A stretch of DNA of 63,207 nt, the filler included, from Saprolegnia diclina VS20 (taxonomy: Eukaryota): the NCBI RefSeq assembly GCF_000281045.1. It is 8 parts of 3 records of this genome, joined end to end, with 100 filler letters (N's around TTAATTAATTAA, not from the genome) between each part and the next. Parts side by side here need not be neighbours in the genome. Positions count along the whole stretch, not along the records: positions 9,942 to 20,864 come from NW_008246083.1; positions 20,965 to 43,355 come from NW_008246083.1; 6 more parts are not named here. One strand, written 5' to 3'. The first letter of the stretch is position 1. Every line of letters starts with the position of its first letter. The position numbers and the translations under genes are program-made. The notes beneath the pieces were generated by a model. It was not told the origin of the DNA. It did not search any database and saw only the letters and a program-made list of their open reading frames with translations. Positions 10,428 through 21,421 of this stretch are shown piece after piece.

Positions 10428-13400
10428 TTATAGCTTCTCGACAGTGTCTGCATCCAGCCCTTCGTAGCACGTGAGACCGTCCTTGTTGACAAGGTCGTCG
10501 CGCGCGCCCTTCTCCATGAGGTACTCCATGAGGTCGTGAAAGCCGTATGCGTGGCAGTAGTGCAAGAGCGATTGCCCATTGAGCTACACCGACGCCGTCA
10601 GCTCCTTGTTATTGACCACAGGCGTACGTTTTGGGTGTTGAGGTCGGCGCCTTTGCGCAAGCAGAGCTTTGCGATGCGCTTGTTGTTGTTTTGGCACGCG
10701 ATCGAGAGGAGCGTGTTGCCCGCATTGTCCTTCATGTCGATCGAGAGCGACCAGTCGGGTTGGTTGAGCAGCTAGAAAGAATGATTCGCATTGCAATGGC
10801 ACAACAAATAGCCGTACGTTTTCCACTTCGGCGTATTTGCCGTGACGCGCCAAACTCATGACGTGCTCGAGCTCCATGGCTTCCTTGGCTGCCTGGGACA
10901 CGACCTCTTGCCGTGCCGCGTGCCCTTCCTTGTCGATGAATGCGGCGGCGACGACCGGGGCCGCCGGAGCGTCTTCGTCTTCGATTGCCAGCGCCTTGAC
11001 GAATTCGAGGTTGAAGAGCTCCTTTCCCGCGACCCTAACCGCGACTGTCACAACATAGACCGCAGCGCATCTCGTACCAGGGATCATAGCCAACGACGAG
11101 CCACTCGTCGGCGGCGGTCCGGGGCCGAACGAGGCCCACGCAACGTGGCTGGTTCTATGAATTTCAACAAAATATTGGGTAGTCTCCTTGAATGCATATC
11201 ATCACGTCGCACCTTGTTGATGATGACGGGGAGATAGTTGGTCTCGGCCTTGACCGTTTTCGTCGAGTTGGCACACGCGACAAAGTTCTTTGGCAGCTTG
11301 GCCACGCTGCGGTGCACGGCGCCTTGAAAGCCGTCGACGGCCGTTTGACTCTCGGCGCTAAAGTCGACGGGCTTGTTGACCCACGTATCGCCTTCGCCTG
11401 GCGTCGTATGCGTGAGGTACGTGGTACCAAATGGTATCGGTGCCTTGGCCGGTTCGATCTCGATCTCGTCGGGCGTCGCATCCGGCAGCACACTCATCTC
11501 CGTGCGTGTGGTCGCCAGCGAGCGCACCGTAGCTACCTCATCGTCCATTGCTACCTCGGGGTCGTCTTGACGATCCGAGAGAGCGTCGTTCCTGGCCGTA
11601 TCGTCCTCCAGCAGCACCTCGGCATCTCGAAGCCCGAGACCCATGCCCAAACCGATGCCGAGCTGCAAGACGTCGTTCGGGCTCATGCTCGAAGCTGCCA
11701 TGGACGCGCCGAGGGCCGATGTGAGCGACTCGATGAGCTTTTGCGTATTCGGCGCCACGAGCCGCTTACTGGCCACTGCTTTCGAAGGGCTCTTCGGTTG
11801 CAACTGGGGCGTTGGCTTGGTGGTCGATGGAAGGCCTTTGTTGTGGCTCACGACCGGTTTTTCAATCTGGAACGACAGCTTGGGCACCGCGACTTTGGTA
11901 GGCGACGGGCGCGATGGACGCACAGCCACAGATTCTGCCTCGTCGTGCAACGGGGGCTTGATGATCGAGTTGGTCTTGGCGCTGCGCTCGACCACTTTGA
12001 GTCGCATGGCGCGGTCGTCAGGGCTCTCCATCGTCTTGGTCATGTACGCCCGCATTTCTTTTTGGGTGTAGCGAGCTTCCGCACCACCGACGCCGGTCGT
12101 CGCCTTCTCGCCAACACCGTCCTGCACATCGCCTTCAATGTCGCCGTCGGGTCCCCGGTGCTTTTCAATTTCGAGCACGGGCCGCGTCCAGTACGTACGA
12201 CCGGTAGCCTTTTCATACCTATTTGGATACGATGGATAGCTTGGATGGCGTAGATACTTGAATACCAGTAGGCAATGCCGTCGTCAGTCACAAACTCCTC
12301 AAAGGGACTTGTCTGCATGTACGCCCAACTGCGATACACCATGGGGGTGTACGCCCCCATGGCGCCTTCGACATTGCAGTTTTTCATAAACTCGCCAGGC
12401 TCTTGCGACCCGAGGGTTGTAAAGCACTAGATATACATACATCACGGACACGACCAGAGGCATCACGATACCTGCGTCTGATTGCGACTCGACTTGCCGA
12501 GCCAGAGGAGGTGCATGAACTCGATGATAGTGCTTTCCCGCGTCGTCGGCTCGCAAAACGGATAATACCTACAAAATGCGCTAACATCCAATCGAAGCCC
12601 AAAATATGCGCACCGGTCGGCGCGTGTTGTCACGGTCGCATTTGCCGTGGCCACATTGAACGTCAGAACGGTCTCATGGGGCAGAAAGGCTACCGGTTTG
12701 GTCTCGTCGGGCATCTGGAGCCCCGGCCTTTCAAGTGTCGTGATGAAGCCGTAGCACGCGTCCTCGCCGGTTTGCTCGGGCCGGTTGATGCATGCGATAT
12801 GGCCCTCGCCTTCAATCACCAAGAGAATCGTCGGCGGCCGGCGGCTATTGAGCGGGTGCTCGAGTGGCCGTACCACATAGTGCCACGTCGTCGGAGCAAT
12901 GACCAAGCACAGATACATTGCACTGTGGTCGATTGTCAAGGGCGGGCAAATGGCGCGGCGGTCCGTCACGTTAAAGTTGCCAAACTGGGGCGGCACAAAC
13001 GTCGTGACCACCATGTAGATGAGCATCTCGGCCACCAAACCACCGATGGCCAAGTTGCCGGGCGTCGGTTTGCGCCCAAACGACGCAAAGAGCACAGTTG
13101 TGGGGGGCGTGATCCGCGTGCGCCGCGGCACGTCAAAGCCCCGTGGTGGCGTGCACGCTTTCACTTGCATGAGGCCGCGGTACATGGCCGCGAGCGAGAT
13201 GCGCGCACTCACACGCTCGAGCCAGCTCACTTTGGAGAGTCCGTCAATGTACGTGTTGCCGACGGGCAGTGGGATCTGGTCCAAGAACGACGGCGTTGGC
13301 ATGGGGATGCAGCGTCGTGGCAAGAGCTCGTACTTGCGTGGCTGATAGAGCACAATGGGTCGCGGGACCTCGGTCTTGAGGATCCCGTGCTTGAGCATCG

Positions 13401-15387
13401 GTGTATTTGGCGGCACGACAATGACACCGTCGATCGGTGTGTCGGTGAACCGCTGCAGTGTCACGGGGGCGACCGGCTGGAAACTCCGGACGCTGGACGC
13501 GTAGTCGCCACACCACTTGGCGTTGCGCAACGTCTCACGGACCTTGAGAATTGACGGTGCGTTGCCCGCCTTCTTGACGCGCCCGAGCCGAAGGTGCTCG
13601 AGAAACGACCGAAACCACGCGCGGACGTGGAGCTTGCGGCGCATCGTCTTGTTCAAGGCCGTGGTCGCTGCGTCGATCGCGCGGTAGATGGGATGGCGGC
13701 ACTCGATGACTGTCACGTACGACTTGCGCACTCGGTCGTAGCGCAGTGAGCTATTGGCTTTCAAAAACACTTCTTGGATCTCTTCGGCCCGGTACTTGCG
13801 CCGGAGCTGGTCGACCTCCCAGTTGGAACAGAGGAGCGCGCTCTCGGACGCGTGCTTGATACGCGCCGGCCCCACCGTGTGGGCTTCGCACTTGCAGCCT
13901 TTGATGGCGCTCCAGCACGCAAAGCACTGCGTCGGCTTGGGCACATCGTCACTCGCGATCGTTTGGTTGTTGTTGCTGCTGGCTCTCGTACTGGAAGCCT
14001 CGAGGAAGCCCGGGTCGGCGACATCGCGAATGCGAACGTGCACGGGCGTCGCAAGCCGTGCCGGCGCTTTTTTGCTCTTGGCACTTGGCTTCTTGGCGAC
14101 GACGGCCACCATAAACTGATCGGGTTTCCGCCCCAACGCAATGTCTCGGTGCCCCCGCGCCTTGGTCTTTGGCGCATTGAACGTCACGTTGTGCGTCAAC
14201 AGCGCCGAGACCGAGTCGAAGCGCGAGATCTTGAGCGCACCGCGGATCGTGTCCCGGAGCTTGGCGTTCTTCGAGCCGTCGGCGAGGAAGAGCGCGTCGT
14301 TGTCCATCCAGTCGACATTGGCGTCGGCCACACTCGCATCGCTCGCGCAGTCGCCGTGCGGGTCGACGTCTTGAAGCACGAACGGCTCCTTCCCGAGCGA
14401 AGGGAGAACAGGCGACGAGAGCAGCGGCGAGACCGGCGCGGGGTGCGACGGTAGCGAGAGGTTTTGGCGAGGAGAGAGCGGCGGTAGTAGCGTCGTGCGG
14501 GATCCCGACGACGGGCGCTGCTGTGGGCTCGTCGGGCGAGGAGGACCGAGGGCGCCTGTTGGTGGCGCCCACTGACTCTGCCCCGTCGCGCTGTTGTAGT
14601 ACCACGTCTCGCCACGCTCTGGATCGTGCACTTCGCGCCACTTGGCCGCTTCCTACGATGCATATATTGAGAGCTGCGGAGACAGCTCGGTTGTTGCCTC
14701 AAGCGCACTGGCGCGGCGGGTGGCGCGTCGCGTGACGAACCCCCGCGCCACTGCCTGGATCTACATTCGAGGTTACATCGAGTCCCTTGGGTATCTGCGA
14801 CTCTACTTGCGTGGCCGCCGAGTCTGTCGATTCCTTTTCGCTCGGTGGAAGCAGCTACGTGGTTGTTGTTGCTGGTATGAGGAGGAGCGTCCTCAACACG
14901 AACGTACGATATCAAATTCCAACTCGGGGGCAGACCCTTGGTGCACAGGCGACGGTATCGCCGTTCGTTTCTCCAGCCGATCTTTCTCGTGCTGCAACTG
15001 CGTGAGCTGGTTCTCAACTGCGTCCTTGGCCGGAATTGACGCAGGTATAAACGTATCGAGGCGGCCGCGGACGCGGGCTTCTTCATCGGCGAACTGGAGC
15101 GCGTCGTCGTTCATGGGCGGCAGCGCCGGCGCAATTACAGGCCCAGCATCGGCTACGGGTACGTCGACTGGCTCGTCGCTCGCGGGTGTGGGCGGTACGC
15201 TGTCCAAGACCTCGATGGTCACGCGGCCAACGACCTTGCGCGGACGCTTCTTGGTCGGCGACGGCGTGGCCACCGCCTGGAGGAGCGTCGACGTCTCGGC
15301 CTCGATCGCGACGAGCTCCTGCACCTCGGGCGTCGGCTCCGTCGGCGCCTCCGCCGGCTTCTTCCGTCGGAAGCGGAAGAAGGGCAT
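10428..15387 (-). CDS. Large multi-exon IQ/WW/ankyrin-repeat protein
   Basis: IQ motif IQAVARGFVTRR; WW domain WREVHDPERGETWYYNSATGQSQWAPP; second WW (FEEFVTDDGIAYWY...TYWTRP); C-terminal ankyrin repeats (GNTLLSIACQNNNKRIAKLCLRKGAD); TAA at 10428. Confidence 0.75.
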
Positions 15388-15483
15388 CGTAACTGCTGCT
15401 GCTGCCGCCTGGCGCGAAACGTGGAGTGGGTGTTATAACGGGCACTCGTGTTAGAGAGAAGGGTCGATGTGTTATAACGCAAT

Positions 15484-16502
15484 ATGGTCCAGAAGCGCAC
15501 TGTGGTCTCGATCCTCGTGCCGACGTGGAACGAGCGAGAGACGCTGCCGCTCGTAGTCTGGCACGTCCACGAGGCCTGCACCGAGAGGTACAACGACGTC
15601 TTTGATGAGGCTAAGCTCACGCGCGCCAGGCATGTCGACTACGAGCTCGTGATTGTCGAGGACAACAGCGACGACGGATCGCTCCAGGTGGCGCAGAAGC
15701 TCCAGGGCATCTACGGTAGCAGCCGCCTCGTCATTGTGGCGCGGAAAGGCCGCCTCGGGCTCTACTCGGCGCTCATCGATGGGCTGCTCAAGGCCACGGG
15801 CGACTATATCGTTGTGCTGCCGGCCAACTTGACACAGCACGTACTCGATCCAGCAGGTCATGGATGCATCCTCATGACTTTGTCCTAGCCCAAGTACATC
15901 CCGGACTTGGTGGCGTACGCTTGCATTGCGATATGCACGGCTCTCACGCGGTCCGCTGTAGGCTGCAGCAAGCCACGCAGGCCGACGTTGTCGCGACCTC
16001 ACGCTTTGGCGATGCCCACGACGGAGTATGCTCCTCGTTGCTCTCCGCGTTGGTCTCATGGGCGATGCGCAGGTCTGTGATTGGAGCTTTGGGCAACGTC
16101 TGCAGTGCTGCGTGAAGACCGTTCTCGCTGATCTTTTGTTCACGTTGCGCCTCTCGGACCCGACATCGAGCTATCGGTGTGCAGCTCCACGATGCTAAAG
16201 ACCTCTGACAGAGGACGTAGCCTCTACAAGCGCCAAGTGTTTGCGCAGCTTGTACAAGCTCTTGGCGCTACAAGGATCGCAGACTCTTCCTGCCATCTCG
16301 GTCTCGCCTTCGCCGTGGTCGCCGAAGCGATGCACAGTACTGTCGCCGAGGTACGTTCTTTCATCGGCATGGCAAGCGCCATGGCATGGTGTAGGTACCT
16401 GTGACGGCCATGCAGGCCGCCTACAGCGACAAGGACGACGTCGCTCTGGCGTCGGTCGGGCGCTTCGCGCTGCATGCCATCCGGCTGTATCTTGGGCAAT
16501 GA
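15484..16502 (+). CDS. Dolichol-phosphate mannosyltransferase (DPM1)-like GT2 protein, divergent
   Basis: SILVPTWNERETLPLVV, YELVIVEDNSDDGS, GRLGLYSALIDGL, ATGDYIVV, HPKYIPDL, SSYRLYKRQVF; spliced. Confidence 0.75.
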
Positions 16503-16903
16503 CGCTTCGTAACGGCTGGGGGCATTAACCGTGCGCGATCGTATTCGGATTATTTATAAAATACTCTCGACAAGCATACAATACGCAAGATACATGCGGG
16601 CCAAAATGTATTAAAATACGTTCGCCTTGAAATACCAGGGATTACATAAACGCCTGTGATAGACTATTCGCACTCAACTTGATTCACTCCAGGCAATGCG
16701 AACGACGCTGCACCGGAGGAAGCAGGCACCAAGCCTACTAATGTCGAGTACTACATCGCCGAGGTCTATACGTGTACATGATGTAGGTGTGAGATGACCG
16801 GATTGTGTTCATGAAGGATCCGAATACACGAATGGTTGCGTGTTTTTAGTGCAACCAGACGACCGAGATGGGGCGCAATATTTCCCAAAAAGAGGGCTGA
16901 AGG

Positions 16904-19011
16904 ATGGACATGCTCGGGAAGCTCGTGCAAGGCGGTTGCGCCGCCGATGGCACCGTGGCCGCACGCAACCCGATGACGCAGGCGCTCGATGGCATGCTGC
17001 GGGCGGGGCCGCTGGGCCGCGCGGCGCCCATGGGTCCATCGCAGGACGGCGGCCATTATATGGAGCACGATCTGCGGCAGGCCATGGACGACGCGCAACA
17101 TCAGCAGCACCTCCAGGAAGCACACTTTCGCCAGCATCAAATGGCCATGCGCAACGACGCGTCAATGCACCAGCCGTCGCCGATGCAGATGGACGCGCTC
17201 TGGCAGCAGCAGCAGGCGCAAGCGCCGCAGCGCATGCACGACTCGATGCAGCGCCATGCACAGATGGAAGGCGCGTTTGCCGACGCGGGCACTGTGCATC
17301 ATCAAGCGTCGCAAGGGCCCCATGGCATGCACCATCAAGGCTCGGCTGGGCACCACCCCATGTACGCGATGCCGCCACCGCCCATGATGATGATGCACGC
17401 GCCACGCCCGTACATGATGGAGGTAGCACCCACTCTATCTCTCGTATGTGTTGCACTATGAGGTGGTAGAACATGACACACATGATGGCGCCGACGTATG
17501 CGCCGCAAGCGCCTGTGGCGACCGCGGCGTCGGCCCCCGTGACGCAGAACACGTCGGGCGACGCCCAGCGCATCTCGAGCGAGATGGCGCAGACACTGCA
17601 GCAGGACCCGCGCTTTGAGAAGAGCGAGTTCCTCAAGTTTATGAACCAAGTGAGCACGGGCGACGTCGAGCTCCACGAAGCGACCAACTCGGTCATCCAC
17701 CACACAGCCGAGCCGGTCGCCGAGGGCATCAACTTGCTCGAGCCCGTGTCCGGTGCCGAAGTGCTCGACGACGTGTGGCACGACGCCGCCGCCGGCAATG
17801 ATTCCCTCGTAGGACGCACGTGCTACGCTTTGAGAGCACCGCTGACACGGATCGAAATAGGAGGAAATTTGGGCCAAGGCCATGCAAGAGGCACAGATGC
17901 AAGACCCGTTCGACGACGCAGGCCTCTGGTCCAGTCAGCAGCACCACCACACGTACGATTTTCAGGAAGCGAATCCGTTCGAGCACGATGCCAATGCATT
18001 CGACATGGTACGATACCACAGGCATCCGCGCCCTAAGATCGTATCCCGGGGGTAGGGTTGTCGCTTTTTTGCGGAAGGGCAGCTCAAGGACGCGATTTTG
18101 GCCTTTGAGGCGACGCTGCAAGAGTCGCCCGACCATAGCGAAGCGTGGCGCATGCTCGGCGAGTCCCACGCTGAAAATGACGAAGACAAAAAGGCCATCA
18201 CGTGTCTCAACCGGTTGGCTCGATTTCTATTCAGCCGTGTTGCTCATCGCTGAACGTATTAGGGCGGTCGAAGAAGACCCGTACAACCTCCATGCGCTGC
18301 TTGCGCTTGGCGTGAGCAACGTGAACGAACTCAACTCGCACGGCGCGCTCGAGACGCTCCAGGCGTGGGTGCAGCACAACCCGAAGTTCCATGGCCTTCA
18401 AGTCCACATGGCCGAAGACATGTACGGCGACGGCAGCCTCATGGACCAAGTAATGCAGCTCATGCTGCAAGCGCAGAGCCACGACCCGCTCGACAGTGAC
18501 GTCCAAGTACGTGCAGTCGAGTGCGCAAGCAAGCCTACGTAGGCGTAGGTGGTTCTTGGCGTGCTGTACAACGTCTCCAAGGACTATGACGCGGCCGTGC
18601 GCTGTTTTCGGTCGGCGGCCAGCGCGCGCCCCGACGAGTACGCGCTCTGGAACAAGCTCGGCGCGACGCTCGCCAACTCGTCGCGGTCGAGCGAAGCGAT
18701 TCCGACCTACCACCGGTACACAAACCGTTGATGGTAGGCAGTGTTGATTGAATGCATGTAGCGCATTGGAGATCAAGCCCAAGTACGCGCGAGGCTGGCT
18801 CAACCTGGGCATCAGCCACGCCAACTTGGGGCAGTACGAGGAGGCGGCCAAATGCTACCTCCAGGCGCTGCACCAGAACAACCAGGCTGAGCACATTTGG
18901 AGCTACCTCCGCATTGCGTTTACGTGTCTGGAGCGCTTTGATCTTGTCAAGATGACCGACATGAAGGACGTGTTGTCGTTCCGCAACGAGTTTCCCATCA
19001 TGGAGCTCTAA
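16904..19011 (+). CDS. PEX5: Peroxisomal targeting signal 1 receptor
   Basis: N-terminal Cys motif ([10 protein letters not shown]...NPM), [17 protein letters not shown]-terminal TPRs ([38 protein letters not shown]). Confidence 0.92.
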
Positions 19012-19142
19012 GTCTATCAAGAAGAAGCAGAATATAGCATATATCACGACGTGATGTCGAGGTCCTGTCTAGATCGTCAGTCACACAATGGCTGCGTTTC
19101 GGATTTAACTCACAAGAACACTCCACCGCCGACACGACGGCG

Positions 19143-20864
19143 CTACTCGGTGAGAGGCAGCGCCGACGCCAACCGGTTGTGCCGGGGGTGGCCTTGAATC
19201 ACCGATGCATCCCGACGAACGACGAGCGTGCGCCACGTTTTTATGTCAAAGACGTAGAGCGTATCGTTGCGCGGCCACACCAAGAGGCCCGTGAGCAGAG
19301 CCGAGGCAAAGTCGATGTAGACGATGCCGTCCACGACCCACCCGTGCTTCTCAAAGAGGTACTTGGCGCCACATGAGACCAAGCACGACGGCTGCTCGAG
19401 CGGCGGTGGAATCGAATACCGCAGCCGATCATGGAGGTACATGCCCATGGAGCCGCCGAGCGCGATCGCGATCAAAAGCAGCAGGCGTGAGAGACGCCCA
19501 ATGACAACCGCGCCGCCATCGCACACCACTTGGTAGTCGACAGCAGCAACGTTGCATGTCCAATGCACGGAGGCTGAATGGGTCACGGGCGAAACAAGAC
19601 GCAGAGCGGCAGCGGCGATCCAGCCAGAGACGGCCGACTTGGTTACATACGACGCCGAGTACTGCTGTGTGACGACCATGCAAATGTCATCAAAGATGTA
19701 GATAAGCCAGCCGAGTTCGCCGGCCGCGAGGACGTCCGAGATGGTCGCTACAACAGCCGAGACGTCGTTTCGCTTGGAGATGAGTCGGGTGGCGCCGCCG
19801 AACACTTGTAGCTGCAGCGTCGCCGTGCTAAGTATGCACAGGGCGCTGATACTGCGCAAAAACAAGAGCGGTCGCCCGATCCAGACCAGGCCACCGACGC
19901 GGTTCAGCTCTAGTAGATTCCAGCCCTCGCTCGTAAATTGGTTGAGCACCGTGTAGAGAATCACGAGTGCGCCAACGAGTAAGAGCATGAACGAAATGTA
20001 CTGGCAAAAGACGCGGAGATACGCAGCGACGTTTACGGGGACTTCGGCCGCGTTCGCGACAAAGCTCGTGGTCGAATACGACGTCGAAAGGACGGTCATG
20101 CGCTGCACGTCGCCGTCAAAGGCAATGACCTCGCGTGTGCCCGTCGCCCAGTCGTACGCGTACGTCCAGCCTGCCAGGCGCATCGGTGCATCTGCAGCAT
20201 CCAGAATCGGCTGCTGAAAGAGGCTCAGTGCCAGCGTAGTTACGTCTTGCAGATACGTGATAAATTGAACATCGAGTGCAGTTATGTCGTCTTGGACGCG
20301 GACAGCGGTGTGCTCGATGGACGCGATCCATGCTGTCGAAACGTATTGCTGAATGTACGCAGCAACGCTCGTCAAGGAGGCAAGGCACTGCGCCACAGAC
20401 CCTCCTTCGATGCTGCAGGTGAGTGGCACCAACGAGGCTGCTTGCGACGCAACGCCGGACGTGATGAGCGCAAAGAGCAGCTGCTCCTTTGTCGCGGCCA
20501 CCCACTCGACTACAGCCGTGTTGCACGGCACGTCAATGCCCACAAAAGACGAGAGCCCGGTCGAGACGTTGTAGGCCGATGGAAGAGCGTTGCACAAGAA
20601 GTTGCTGCCCGCACTCTTAAAGCGCAATACGTCCAGTGTGCTCGGCACGGGAATCATGCCCTGCGTGATGACGAGGTTTGTGTATGCCTCTTGGGCGATA
20701 TACGAGCCATTGGCGTCGATCACGTTCACGAGGATGGAGCTCGACATCTCTTGCACCAAGCGAACGAGCTGCGTGAGTGAAGCGGGCGCAGGAATGTGCC
20801 GGAGATCCACCGACCCAAACGCGCCGATTGCAGAGTGGAACAGTGCGTACGCTGGGTCCAGCGG
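19143..20864 (-). CDS. C-terminal part of an expanded Saprolegniales multi-TM protein family member
   Basis: 555-aa ORF with YDWATGTREVIAFDGD, NRVGGLVWIGRPLLFLRS and FDIKTWR motifs and several TM helices; 5' end in gap. Confidence 0.75.
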   Translation of the reverse strand, partial: PLDPAYALFHSAIGAFGSVDLRHIPAPASLTQLVRLVQEMSSSILVNVIDANGSYIAQEAYTNLVITQGMIPVPSTLDVLRFKSAGSNFLCNALPSAYNVSTGLSSFVGIDVPCNTAVVEWVAATKEQLLFALITSGVASQAASLVPLTCSIEGGSVAQCLASLTSVAAYIQQYVSTAWIASIEHTAVRVQDDITALDVQFITYLQDVTTLALSLFQQPILDAADAPMRLAGWTYAYDWATGTREVIAFDGDVQRMTVLSTSYSTTSFVANAAEVPVNVAAYLRVFCQYISFMLLLVGALVILYTVLNQFTSEGWNLLELNRVGGLVWIGRPLLFLRSISALCILSTATLQLQVFGGATRLISKRNDVSAVVATISDVLAAGELGWLIYIFDDICMVVTQQYSASYVTKSAVSGWIAAAALRLVSPVTHSASVHWTCNVAAVDYQVVCDGGAVVIGRLSRLLLLIAIALGGSMGMYLHDRLRYSIPPPLEQPSCLVSCGAKYLFEKHGWVVDGIVYIDFASALLTGLLVWPRNDTLYVFDIKTWRTLVVRRDASVIQGHPRHNRLASALPLTE

Positions 20865-20964
20865 NNNNNNNNNNNNNNNNNNNNNNNNNNNNNNNNNNNN
20901 NNNNNNNNTTAATTAATTAANNNNNNNNNNNNNNNNNNNNNNNNNNNNNNNNNNNNNNNNNNNN

Positions 20965-21279
20965 GACCCGCACTATTTTGAGCAGCAGCCGTGGCCCAAG
21001 AGCAACATCACAGTGCCCAGCTCCAGCGTCCTTCCCGGCACATACCTTTTGGACAAGTCACCCGACTACTACGGCCCGATTGTCATCTCGCTTCGGAACG
21101 GCAGTTTGCACTTTGCCTATGGCGCCATCAGCGTCGACCTCATTGCGGTGAGCGACACCACGTTCATTTTGCCGTACGACCTCATGGCGGCAGAGCTCCG
21201 TCTTGCGTTCACCGTCCCGACGACGCCGGGGACCAAGCCAACACTCGACTTTTCCGGCTCGCCTGCGCACCAAGTGTAA
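20965..21279 (+). CDS. C-terminal fragment, possibly of an S12/beta-lactamase-like serine hydrolase
   Basis: PGTY...DYYGPIVISLRNGSLHFAYG resembles the C-terminal beta domain of such proteins; only a fragment follows the gap. Confidence 0.4.
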   Translation, partial: DPHYFEQQPWPKSNITVPSSSVLPGTYLLDKSPDYYGPIVISLRNGSLHFAYGAISVDLIAVSDTTFILPYDLMAAELRLAFTVPTTPGTKPTLDFSGSPAHQV

Positions 21280-21421
21280 ACGCCCGCCTTTCATCGATCG
21301 CGGGCTGTTCGACGACGCGTCCTGTCGTCGTTTGAGCAAGACAGAGGGCACCAGAGTGTAGTAACCACGCTATACAACTCGTCATTTTGTTTTAACGTGG
21401 CACATGGCAGGGATGGAAGGT

